A stretch of 48,150 nt of DNA from an uncultured Candidatus Peribacteria bacterium (GCA_964499425.1 CAZCLD010000004.1:1-48150), one strand, 5' to 3'. Counted from the stretch's first letter, positions 1 to 8,531 are shown. Notes: generated from the sequence alone by a model not told the origin. A program made the numbers and translations.

Positions 1-26
1 AGCAAGGGCAAAACAAGCAACATTCA

Positions 27-68
27 GCCGAGATAGCTCAGGGGTAGAGCACTCCCTTGGTAAGGGAG
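27..68 (+). pseudogene. 5' part of a disrupted tRNA-Thr(GGU) gene (acceptor 5' strand, D arm, anticodon arm)
   Basis: GCCGAGA acceptor strand (27-33), TA, GCTC/GAGC D stem, CTCCC/GGGAG anticodon stem with loop TTGGTAA (anticodon GGT). No variable loop or T arm follows position 68. Confidence 0.8.
58..68 (+). repeat. Left copy of the 11-bp direct repeat TGGTAAGGGAG (putative attL core)
   Basis: Identical 11-mer at 5450-5460. It covers the anticodon and the 3' anticodon stem of the split tRNA. Confidence 0.75.
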
Positions 69-178
69 TGATCCTCCACAGAAAACCCAAAGTGTGGCAA
101 GGAGATAAGGAAAGTTGACAATTGGAAGGCTCTCGAGGAGTATGCCCCTGAAGGACGTGCTCCAGTAGACACTAATAG

Positions 179-253
179 GCCGCGGTAGCTCAGTGGTAGA
201 GCACCTGCATGGTAAGCAGGGGGTCGGCGGTTCAATCCCGCTCTGCGGCTCCA
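179..253 (+). tRNA. tRNA-Thr(GGU), intact, CCA encoded, located inside the inserted element
   Basis: Cloverleaf read by eye: GCCGCGG/CTGCGGC acceptor (one G-U pair), GCTC/GAGC D stem, CCTGC/GCAGG anticodon stem with loop ATGGTAA, GGCGG/CCGCT T stem with loop TTCAATC, discriminator T, CCA. Confidence 0.9.
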
Positions 254-292
254 TTACATCCACGGTGATATATATCTCCTAACAATATCACC

Positions 293-1189
293 ATGGAACA
301 CCAAACTCTTCAAGCATTGCTGGGGAAGTACCTCACGCACTGCAAAATCATAAAAAATTACTCTTCCGCAACAATTAAGAGCTACGAATCAACCTTCAGT
401 CTCTTATTCAAGGAAACAAAAATCAAACACCTAAAAGACCTAAACAAGAAAGTTCTGGAAGACTGGTTCTTCAATGGAAGACTGAATCGTAAATGGAGAG
501 CTTCTACATTTAGAGATCATCATAAACACATAAACCCTTTTTTGAAGTGGCTACTCAAAGAAGGCCTTATTAAAGAAAACTACCTAGTGGACTTAGAAAA
601 ACCACGGTTGGAACACAGGCTCCCTCGAACCCTTACAAAGGATGAAGCTGAAAAGATTCTTGAAACTGTATTCAATCTACCCTACCCCTACAGATTTGCA
701 AAATTCAGAAATAGAGCGCTTGTAGCCATAATGCTTCTAGCAGGATTAAGAAGAAACGAAACATTAAAACTAAAACTCAATGATGTCTCATTAAACAACA
801 GTACTATTTTCATTAGTCAGGGAAAGTGGAGCAAGGACAGAATGGTCCCCATCAATAATAGATTAAATATAGTGTTGGCGAAGTATTTACAACAACGCCA
901 AAAACTAGGCAAAACTTGTACTAACTTCTTCATAAGCACCCAGCGCGATCAGGCAATGGGAGAAAAGGCAATAAACAATCTAATGAGAAAGTTGAGAAAA
1001 GCCACAGGGATTGATTTCTCAGCCCACACACTGCGTCATGGATTCGCCAGACTAATGTTAGAGGGAGGATGCGATATTTACACATTATCAAAGCTCATGG
1101 GGCACTCTAAGATCACAACAACAACAATCTATCTTAGCTGTTCAAGTCGACAAATGAGTAAAAGTATAGAAATGCACTCATTAAACTGA
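293..1189 (+). CDS. Tyrosine recombinase / phage-type integrase
   Basis: 298-aa ORF with AGLRRNETLKL (Arg I region), HTLRHGFA (HxxR) and GHSKITTTTIYL (catalytic Tyr region). It lies directly downstream of the element-borne tRNA. Confidence 0.9.
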   Translation: MEHQTLQALLGKYLTHCKIIKNYSSATIKSYESTFSLLFKETKIKHLKDLNKKVLEDWFFNGRLNRKWRASTFRDHHKHINPFLKWLLKEGLIKENYLVDLEKPRLEHRLPRTLTKDEAEKILETVFNLPYPYRFAKFRNRALVAIMLLAGLRRNETLKLKLNDVSLNNSTIFISQGKWSKDRMVPINNRLNIVLAKYLQQRQKLGKTCTNFFISTQRDQAMGEKAINNLMRKLRKATGIDFSAHTLRHGFARLMLEGGCDIYTLSKLMGHSKITTTTIYLSCSSRQMSKSIEMHSLN

Positions 1190-2176
1190 TAAGACAATTT
1201 TTTCTAGGACAGCAACCCCCCGATTTGTTAGAACACCTGACCTTTCGATATATTTCTGAGTTGTGCTTAACCTTGTATGTCCCAGATGGTTCATTATATC
1301 TTTTATGTCTACACCCTCGGTATCCAGTTTCGTAGCCACGTACCTCCTAATGGCATAGGCATTAACTCTAAAGCCTAATTCCTTGGACAGCTTCTTAAAC
1401 AAGGCCCTCATCCCCACATTCGTCCATCCTGTTCTCTTAGAAGAAGAAACAAATAGTCCAGGCTCATCTCGCCCCAAATTTTGCCTAATTCGTATGTACA
1501 TCTCATAAGAATCTCTCACCCATGAAGGCATCCTATAGTACCTATTTCGCCCTTTTTGCTTTCGCCCTCTAATTACAACCTGATAGCCTCCATCTCTCGT
1601 TTCCTTAATATCTCTACACTGAAGCCCAAGCATCTCAATCGGACGAGCTCCAGTAACAACTAAGATCCCCATAAATAAGTCATTCCTCCATCTCTCAAGC
1701 CTGCTTTGCCTCCTGGTCTTCATATGACCCAACAATGATTTAATATGCCCCTCATCCAAGGTATACTGCTCATTGATTTCTTCCTTGCATTTAGCAATCT
1801 TCCACAGTTTATTTTCCTCTATATGCTCCATCCTCTCCAACCACAAGAAGTAAGTATTCAGGTTTTTCCTATAAGTATTGAAAGTGACACTTGTCCAATT
1901 GCGTCTTTCCTTAGCATCAAATAACGCCTCTCTAAGAATATCAGGAGTATTGCAGGCCTCAACAGTCACCAACCTCAAATCATGGACAACAAACCTAAGG
2001 GCGTCTCTTACATTACCAAGGGTAACTTCACTTTTTCCCTCCCTCAACCAATGCCTTACAAATTCAGCCCAGTACATCCACAAAGGAATGCCTTCCCGCT
2101 TAACATTAGAAGATAACTTGAGCAATTCTTCTTTAGGAAACAAAACAAACCTCCTCTGTAATTCAAACGCGTTCAT
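1181..2176 (-). CDS. Second tyrosine recombinase / integrase
   Basis: 331-aa ORF with TGARPIEMLGL, YAIRRYVAT and GHTRLSTTQKYIE motifs. Its 3' end overlaps the convergent integrase by 9 nt. Confidence 0.85.
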   Translation of the reverse strand: MNAFELQRRFVLFPKEELLKLSSNVKREGIPLWMYWAEFVRHWLREGKSEVTLGNVRDALRFVVHDLRLVTVEACNTPDILREALFDAKERRNWTSVTFNTYRKNLNTYFLWLERMEHIEENKLWKIAKCKEEINEQYTLDEGHIKSLLGHMKTRRQSRLERWRNDLFMGILVVTGARPIEMLGLQCRDIKETRDGGYQVVIRGRKQKGRNRYYRMPSWVRDSYEMYIRIRQNLGRDEPGLFVSSSKRTGWTNVGMRALFKKLSKELGFRVNAYAIRRYVATKLDTEGVDIKDIMNHLGHTRLSTTQKYIERSGVLTNRGVAVLEKIVLSV

Positions 2177-2766
2177 AAATTGAGATTCTTTAGCTGGCTA
2201 ATAGCAATCGGATATATGGCATCATACTTTTCTTTATACTTAAGATACTGCCTAAATTTCCTTGTAGGCTTACCTGCATAACATGTCCGTTTTATTCCTT
2301 TCCCAATTTCGCAAAGCTTCACTTCGTAATCACAGGCCTTTTGCCATGCCATCAAATTAGAAGTGTGCTCCTTCTGCAGCTTATAGGTAAGATCATGACA
2401 TTTCCTACAGGAATAATAAACCTCCCTGGGCGGTATATAGAGCTTCTGCACCCTTCTTCCACAGTCACATTTCATCCACCATCTCTTGCCTCCAAAATGG
2501 CAAGGTGTTGAAGAGAGCTCCACATTTAGCGATTTCCACAAGGGTTCTCCATATCGGGTTGGAAGCCCATATGTAATCTCTACTTGAGGTGGAGGAATTA
2601 TTGGATCATAGACGCCTTCAAGGGTTAAATGCCACTGCTTTCTCCATCGATTTTCTAAATCATACAACTTTCCGTCACGCTTAAGGTCTTGAACACTTAG
2701 CACTTTGCAGTCCTCCACAAGCTGTCTATCTGAATAACGTTGCCTTCCCATTTTTTCCGAAATCAT
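2173..2766 (-). CDS. Cys-rich zinc-ribbon protein of unknown function
   Basis: 197-aa ORF with CHFGGKRWWMKCDCGRRV...YYSCRKCHDLTY (Cys pairs typical of a zinc ribbon). Its stop overlaps the start of the downstream recombinase (ATGA), suggesting an operon. Confidence 0.6.
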   Translation of the reverse strand: MISEKMGRQRYSDRQLVEDCKVLSVQDLKRDGKLYDLENRWRKQWHLTLEGVYDPIIPPPQVEITYGLPTRYGEPLWKSLNVELSSTPCHFGGKRWWMKCDCGRRVQKLYIPPREVYYSCRKCHDLTYKLQKEHTSNLMAWQKACDYEVKLCEIGKGIKRTCYAGKPTRKFRQYLKYKEKYDAIYPIAISQLKNLNL

Positions 2767-3309
2767 TAAAGATATAAGATTACTAACTGCCCTATAAACA
2801 CTCCTGTCCCAACAATAATTGTTCGTACTTCATTACACTTTCACATAAAAAAGACCTCTCTCTATCGAGACTTGTATTTGTTTCTCTAATTTCAATGTTT
2901 ACCTGCATTCTTAATTTACAACATTTAACTCAAGCACCATGGGCACTCTTTTCATAGGAATGAGGATTTTCGCCTTTTGGAAGGATAATTTCAGCAAAAA
3001 GCTACCCCCCAGTCTAAAGTGCTCCCCACAAAAGTAAAGTGTTTTTTCAAAACCCAATGTTTGACTTCAACAATGTTGTATAATCACACTTTTCCACTAA
3101 AATCGTGTCAAGTCCGCTAACCTGTAAAGCAGCTCAAGTTCGCCAAGAATACACTTTCCAGGAGCACACTCCTGTCTAGGATATACCTCCCCAGAGCCTA
3201 TTTGGGGTCTTCCAAAGTAGCTTCAACTCGCTCAAGAATACTAACTTGCACAACCCCCGTTTCTTTCGGGATCCTAAAACCAAATCCTTCTCCTTCTATA
3301 TACACTCAA

Positions 3310-4998
3310 TCATTTTCTCGCAGATGCCGACTCCATAGCCACTTCTGCCTGGCTATATTCCAATTGCAGCACTGAATCAGTAACCAATGTTGAAATAGCC
3401 AAGTCCTCTTTTAACGACGCCCTAACTTGCCTTGTAAATTCACAATCTTCTTTATCAACAAAAACATTCAGCTCTACCAGTTTTTCCATTGCAGTAGCAT
3501 CCATATTTGCAGAGCCCAAAAATGTCCTTTTTCCATCAACATGGACCAATTTTGCATGAACCATTCCTGGATATAAATAAACTGAGACATTTCTTCCCTT
3601 AAGCTTTGCCAGAATCTCACTCATTACTTTCTTGTTAGTAGCATCCATAACATTAGCCTTTGAAGGAATAATTATTGTTATTTTAAGCCCCTTTCTCCCT
3701 CTTTCAACAATTTTTTCAACAATTTCTCTATCTCCAAAATACGCCATCTCTATAACAATTTCCTCTTTGGCGCCTGACAACATGGAAAGCATTTCGTCCT
3801 TTATTTCAAAAGCCCGAACAACTCTCGCCCCTATGTCCAGATGCCCTTCTCTCAAACTCTGAGGATTTCTATTTAAAGATAATCCAACACTAGTGCCACC
3901 CACCCCAGAATGCCCTTTATACATCCTCCGCACTAAGTGTTGTGCAAAAAAAGGACTCCTCACTTCAATCATATAATCTCTCCATCCAGAACCTTTTTCT
4001 CCCTCAAGAAACTGTGCATATTCATCTCCAACATTCATACCACCAGTAATTACTATCCCATCATCAAAAACAAAATATTTAGAATGATCTCCTTTGTATT
4101 CATCCATTTGTTTATTCTTTTCAATTACTGTCACATTGCTACCCTTTTGCCTACTTAATGCCAATAATTCTTCGAATTTCGCCTTTGAATGACCTCCGTG
4201 TTTTTTGTCATCAGTTTTGTTTACATACACAGTTAGCATTGTCTCTTTAAAAGACCTCTCGTCAGTATGAAACCCACTAGACTGCCCTCTCTCTACCCTC
4301 TCCCAAATACCACCAAGGGCATCTTTCAGAATAATTATCTGAACACCTTCCTTCGCCTTTTGCAACAAGGCATCAGCTATTTCATTTCCAATCTTGTCAT
4401 TTCTCCACACAAACATATTAATCACTATCGAGCTTCTCGCAGCTCTAATGTTATCCAATATTCTCTTAAAAGCAGTCTTTCCATCCTTTAATAATCGTAT
4501 TTTATCCACTAGCTCTGGCGCCTTTTTCAAACTTCTCAAGAATTTGTTGTCTGGAAAGAGGGCTATCAATCTACTATAAAGACGATCGTTAAAAAAATTT
4601 ATTAAATCTCTATTTCTCAACACTGTTTCCTCCTCAATACGAGCCAGTAATTCCACCACCCGCTCCCTTTGACTTCTTGAAAGAGCGCCCGCCCCCTCTA
4701 ACAAGGCATTAATTCGACCAATACTCTGATGTATATCAAATCCTTTTCGAATCAAACGCCATCCCCCCACTTCTTTATATTTCTCTATTCTATACCCATC
4801 TCCCTCAATTGATTCACCATATTCATCAATGTATTTTGAAATAAAATCTCTCTCCTCTTCACTAAAATTAATCTTTTTTTCTCTCCTAAACCTCTTAAAA
4901 AGATTTCTTACAACATCACCTCTTTCCTTTTTTGACAATTTAGAATAATCCAGACCTTTTGCCCTATTTGCAGGAAAAAATTCATTATGCTCCGCCAT
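3310..4998 (-). CDS. Phospholipase D superfamily protein with two HKD motifs (cardiolipin-synthase-like fold, no obvious TM segment)
   Basis: 562-aa ORF with HSKYFVFDDGIVITGGMNVGDEY and HAKLVHVDGKRTFLGSANMD (HxK(x)4D...GSxN). No hydrophobic N-terminal helices were seen. Confidence 0.85.
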   Translation of the reverse strand: MAEHNEFFPANRAKGLDYSKLSKKERGDVVRNLFKRFRREKKINFSEEERDFISKYIDEYGESIEGDGYRIEKYKEVGGWRLIRKGFDIHQSIGRINALLEGAGALSRSQRERVVELLARIEEETVLRNRDLINFFNDRLYSRLIALFPDNKFLRSLKKAPELVDKIRLLKDGKTAFKRILDNIRAARSSIVINMFVWRNDKIGNEIADALLQKAKEGVQIIILKDALGGIWERVERGQSSGFHTDERSFKETMLTVYVNKTDDKKHGGHSKAKFEELLALSRQKGSNVTVIEKNKQMDEYKGDHSKYFVFDDGIVITGGMNVGDEYAQFLEGEKGSGWRDYMIEVRSPFFAQHLVRRMYKGHSGVGGTSVGLSLNRNPQSLREGHLDIGARVVRAFEIKDEMLSMLSGAKEEIVIEMAYFGDREIVEKIVERGRKGLKITIIIPSKANVMDATNKKVMSEILAKLKGRNVSVYLYPGMVHAKLVHVDGKRTFLGSANMDATAMEKLVELNVFVDKEDCEFTRQVRASLKEDLAISTLVTDSVLQLEYSQAEVAMESASARK

Positions 4999-5200
4999 TA
5001 TTCGTATTTAATAAATCAGTATTTATATCAACCTCCAAATTTTCAATGCTTAAAACCACATCAAGTTTTATAAAACCCTTATGTTTGTCTTTCACTGAAT
5101 CGCATAAGGCACTTTTACTCTGAACAACCTCCTTTACCCCGAGCTTTATTAATCTTTCATAATCCATGGAAATAATCATTAAATCAGTAAATTTTAGCAT
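4985..5200 (-). CDS. Small hypothetical protein (71 aa), possibly co-transcribed with the PLD gene
   Basis: ORF whose 3' end overlaps the PLD start by 14 nt. A GGGGG stretch lies about 8 nt upstream of its ATG. No recognisable motif. Confidence 0.35.
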   Translation of the reverse strand: MLKFTDLMIISMDYERLIKLGVKEVVQSKSALCDSVKDKHKGFIKLDVVLSIENLEVDINTDLLNTNNGGA

Positions 5201-5449
5201 AAATAACCCCCAATTGCTATATACAAATTAGGCTAATGTAGATATTGCTCGTACTGTATAGAGCATATGAACATCATTTTCTAGCGCGCTGGAATATAGA
5301 TTAACTATCATTAGAGTTGCTAAAATATGGTATGCTTAGACCATCACCCTGGATGTGCCCCTCTGGCCCTCCACACGAACCTCTACACAAAAGACCTTTC
5401 TATCGCTTCTAATAGCCAATTTCAACACCAAACACTAACCTGCCATACA

Positions 5450-5460
5450 TGGTAAGGGAG
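5450..5460 (+). repeat. Right copy of the 11-bp direct repeat TGGTAAGGGAG (putative attR core)
   Basis: Identical to 58-68. Confidence 0.75.
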
Positions 5461-5493
5461 GGGTCGTGGGTTCAAATCCCATTCTCGGCTCCA
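5450..5493 (+). pseudogene. 3' part of the disrupted tRNA-Thr(GGU) gene (anticodon 3' side, variable loop, T arm, acceptor 3' strand, CCA)
   Basis: GGGTC variable loop, GTGGG/CCCAT T stem with loop TTCAAAT. TCTCGGC (5483-5489) is the exact complement of 27-33. Discriminator T and CCA follow. Confidence 0.8.
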
Positions 5494-7239
5494 TCAATTC
5501 ATAGATTCTAATCGCTCACCTGGATTAAACCCAATTCGATCAAAGAAGGCCTGTTTCTGTTCAGGCGTTAAGGTTTTAGCCGCATTCACTTGACTAATCA
5601 TTTCTTCAGAACGAACATCGTAATGCCCACGCTGAACCAACTCATAAAGAAGCACCAAATCGTCAAAATTTAAGTGAGGACAGGTAAGATATTGAGCGAC
5701 AATATTACATGAAGATGCCCTGTAGGCAGCAATCAACTGTTCTTTAGAAAGACCCACCAACGACTTAATACTGCTTAACCACGATTCCATTTCTTCAGCA
5801 GAAACTCTACCTTCCTGAATATAGTCTTGAAGTATTCTGATAGAAACATACATTCTTGTTCTTTCTTCCTCTAGAGAAACCCTGGAATACCCATCTCTAA
5901 TACCCATAGCCTTGGCTCTTACAACTGCAAGCGGGTTAACCTCTGCAATTATGTCATCCCGATATTCGTTTCCTTTCTCCAAAACAGCAAGCGACAAGAC
6001 ATCTCCAAACAGCTTGTCCAAAACTTCCTCATAGGTATCTTCGTATAGAGAAGCCTCATTGTCGGGAGAAGAAGCACCATATCCGAATAGGGCGCCATTG
6101 TAATGAAGAGAAAAATTCAATCCCCTTTGTCCATCTTTCCCAGGAACAACTGCAAAATTACCCAAATGCTGTTCATTTTGAACATCGTGATCAAAAATTC
6201 CCACATTACGCTCTACAACTGGCGTATCATTCAAGTCTACACTTCTGTCCGAGTAAAATACTTTTGCGTATTTAACAGTGAAGGTAAAACCATCCTCCAA
6301 AGTGATTAACTCTCGTCTCTTCTCAGGAACTGGAGTCCTGGACGCAACAGGCAGCTCCGCCAAGAATTCCTCAATAAGACTATCGTCCTTCATCGTATGT
6401 ATAACAAATCTAAAACTGTCATCATCCAAATATTTTCTCCTATAAGTATTGATCATGTTAAGCGCATACGTAAATGTTCCATCTTTAGAAATCTTATCAA
6501 AATGATCTCTATCAAAGCTTAAGCGGATCTGAACCTTCGGAGAATGTGGATTCTTGTCCAAATGCTCATGAAGAAGATCCATTTTTTTCTCAGCAGTGGC
6601 TTCTTTTTTTGCCCAAACTCCACTTGTAACCAAGTTGATTTCTTTAGCCTTAGCTGCCTCAAGAAGCCTACATAGTATAGGCATTTTAAGAAAAGGCTCA
6701 CCTCCACCCGCTATCCTCAACTCCCCCATATTTGCCTTCTCTAAGAATTCCACCAATTTCTCAACTCCCTCAGCAGTCCATTCTGACTGAGCTCTATCCT
6801 TTTCAGATCTTGGAGATGCAAAAAAACAGAAATCACATCCCACAGGGCAAAATTTCGTAGGCCACGCACACATTATGCTCTCTCCATCAAACCTAGATTC
6901 CGGTTTAATACGAATCCTGTCTCTAATAATGGATCTAAAAAACTTAGCACCATTATCAAAAGCCATATGCGCTAACAGTTTTGGAGGAAAAATTCTAGCT
7001 ATAGGTGTTTCTGGAACAAGAGTAGGTTCCATGACCACCCCCAAAGAAGTAACTAAATTCTGTGCAATCAAACGCGGATCCGGCTGTCTAAACCCATAGA
7101 ATTCGACTGGCCATTCAGGCACAGATCTGTCCCTAAATCCTGGGTGGCGATCAATTTCTACAGGCCATATATTTGTCTGTTCAGAGCTATGGACAGGAGG
7201 ATCTACTGAGCCCCCATCTGTAAATTCAAGCTGTGCCAT
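5494..7239 (-). CDS. Radical SAM domain protein, function unknown
   Basis: 581-aa ORF with CPVGCDFC (Cx3Cx2C, aa 131-138) followed by a GGGEP glycine-rich SAM-binding-type motif. Long N- and C-terminal extensions carry no recognised motifs. Confidence 0.8.
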   Translation of the reverse strand: MAQLEFTDGGSVDPPVHSSEQTNIWPVEIDRHPGFRDRSVPEWPVEFYGFRQPDPRLIAQNLVTSLGVVMEPTLVPETPIARIFPPKLLAHMAFDNGAKFFRSIIRDRIRIKPESRFDGESIMCAWPTKFCPVGCDFCFFASPRSEKDRAQSEWTAEGVEKLVEFLEKANMGELRIAGGGEPFLKMPILCRLLEAAKAKEINLVTSGVWAKKEATAEKKMDLLHEHLDKNPHSPKVQIRLSFDRDHFDKISKDGTFTYALNMINTYRRKYLDDDSFRFVIHTMKDDSLIEEFLAELPVASRTPVPEKRRELITLEDGFTFTVKYAKVFYSDRSVDLNDTPVVERNVGIFDHDVQNEQHLGNFAVVPGKDGQRGLNFSLHYNGALFGYGASSPDNEASLYEDTYEEVLDKLFGDVLSLAVLEKGNEYRDDIIAEVNPLAVVRAKAMGIRDGYSRVSLEEERTRMYVSIRILQDYIQEGRVSAEEMESWLSSIKSLVGLSKEQLIAAYRASSCNIVAQYLTCPHLNFDDLVLLYELVQRGHYDVRSEEMISQVNAAKTLTPEQKQAFFDRIGFNPGERLESMN

Positions 7240-7357
7240 TTGGGGAAATGATTAAAAAATGCCAAATACCATATCAGGTTTTTCCGATTTTGTCAACCCT
7301 CCCCTTTCAAAAAACAATAATTATGCTAAAATCAGCGCACTATTTAACCCCACCGAA

Positions 7358-8233
7358 ATGAAAAAGAAACTCCTAAGTTTCCTGGCAATCATGCTACTCA
7401 CCTTCACTCTTTCCGCCTGCGGCAGCAACAATGATGCTCCTGTAGAAGATGACAGTGAAAAAGTCGAAGAAGAGGTCGTTGAAGAAGAAATCCCCACACC
7501 AGATCCAGGAACAGTACCAGTTGACTATCCAACTGTGTCAGTAGAAGCCAAAGAAGGCGACAAAGTTTTCACAACGAAAAAAGAAGAACTAGACGAAGCC
7601 TTCGCAACAAATGAAGGTGATAGCCTATATCTCAGTTTTTATGAAGGAACAATGGTAACACCTGGAGAAGTTGAATCCACAGTAAACATATTTGAGGAAG
7701 AACAAGTTCTTCCAAATTCGCTTATAATATCTGTCGAACCAGGTCAAAGTGCTAAAGAAGGAGGCATGGTCTTAACCTCTTGGGCAGGATCAATGACTCG
7801 TGGCTATGTAAAGGAAGGCGGCACAGAACCCAAGATAACCTACTTAGATTACTTTGGAGAAATCGAGACACTAGAGGCTAATTCTTTTAATCTTCTTTCA
7901 GAAGATTGGGCTCCAGGCTCAAAGATGGCGTGCAAAGACGAGAGCGATAATTATTCATTGAAGACTGTTGTAAACGTTTCTGGAGACAAAATCCTAACAC
8001 TGGGATGGGCAAACAGCCTTGAAGTAGAAGAAGAAAGCAACTGCAAAGCAATACCATCTAATCCAAACGCAAGCGTAGGAGACACCGTCTGGATTGCACC
8101 AGTTTCCACATACCAAGAAGGAACAGTCACAGAAGTTGATGAGACCAATGGAATGCTCCTAGTTGAGTACACATGGATAGATACAGAAGAAGACAAATTC
8201 GCTTACGGAACAGTTTTAACTGAGGCTCCATAG
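7358..8233 (+). CDS. Acidic lipoprotein, function unknown
   Basis: An internal Met at 7358 gives MKKKLLSFLAIMLLTFTLSAC (signal peptide plus LSAC lipobox). The track ORF starts at 7259, but the upstream 33 aa look non-coding. Confidence 0.75.
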   Translation: MKKKLLSFLAIMLLTFTLSACGSNNDAPVEDDSEKVEEEVVEEEIPTPDPGTVPVDYPTVSVEAKEGDKVFTTKKEELDEAFATNEGDSLYLSFYEGTMVTPGEVESTVNIFEEEQVLPNSLIISVEPGQSAKEGGMVLTSWAGSMTRGYVKEGGTEPKITYLDYFGEIETLEANSFNLLSEDWAPGSKMACKDESDNYSLKTVVNVSGDKILTLGWANSLEVEEESNCKAIPSNPNASVGDTVWIAPVSTYQEGTVTEVDETNGMLLVEYTWIDTEEDKFAYGTVLTEAP

Positions 8234-8252
8234 ACAAAAACTTTTTTACAAG

Positions 8253-8279
8253 AAACCCTTCGTCATGCACGAAGGGTTT
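8253..8279. terminator. Bidirectional hairpin between convergent genes
   Basis: AAACCCTTCG / CGAAGGGTTT 10-bp stem with a 7-nt loop. T-rich on the + side and A-rich upstream. Confidence 0.6.
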
Positions 8280-8432
8280 TTAATTCTCCCCCTCATCATC
8301 AAATTCAAAGTTAATCGAAGGAGCGGCTTCCTCGTCAGAAGAAGATGTTTGATCATCTGCACTTGAACAAGCAGTAAGAATCAGTCCTCCAAGAACGGTC
8401 ACAATCAAGAACAAGCGTATTGTCATTTTCAT
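8280..8432 (-). CDS. Small acidic lipoprotein (about 50 aa)
   Basis: MKMTIRLFLIVTVLGGLILTAC (signal peptide plus LTAC lipobox) followed by a D/E-rich tail. Start chosen at the internal Met (8432). Confidence 0.5.
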   Translation of the reverse strand: MKMTIRLFLIVTVLGGLILTACSSADDQTSSSDEEAAPSINFEFDDEGEN

Positions 8433-8503
8433 AGCACTTAAGTTAATTAATATAGTTCTACCACACCTACCAATCTTAAGCCAAACCACTAATCTGCTCT
8501 ACC

Positions 8504-8531
8504 AAAAAGAAAAACCATTCCAAAGGAATAG
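8504..8531 (-). terminator. Rho-independent terminator, minus strand
   Basis: On the minus-strand RNA: CUAUUCC-UUU-GGAAUGG (7 bp, including a U-G pair that would be a C-A mismatch on the other strand), then UUUUUCUUUUU. Confidence 0.65.

Larger units (their letters stand above)
58..5460. mobile_element. Integrated element of about 5.4 kb inserted in the anticodon loop/stem of tRNA-Thr(GGU)
   Basis: Bounded by an 11-bp direct repeat. The flanking tRNA halves complement each other perfectly in the acceptor stem. The interior encodes two tyrosine recombinases plus cargo. Confidence 0.7.

Noticed and set aside
3068-3091. TTGACT ... TATAAT as a promoter inside the element's non-coding core.
   Set aside because: The spacer is only 12 nt. 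There is no extended -10, and no downstream plus-strand gene or clearly bounded RNA.
27-5493. The two tRNA-Thr halves could be a Nanoarchaeum-style split tRNA joined in trans, or a tRNA gene with a giant intron.
   Set aside because: Both halves carry the same 11-nt anticodon-region duplication, which is a recombination signature rather than a splice junction. I see no complementary leader/trailer sequences next to the halves. Two tyrosine recombinases lie between them.
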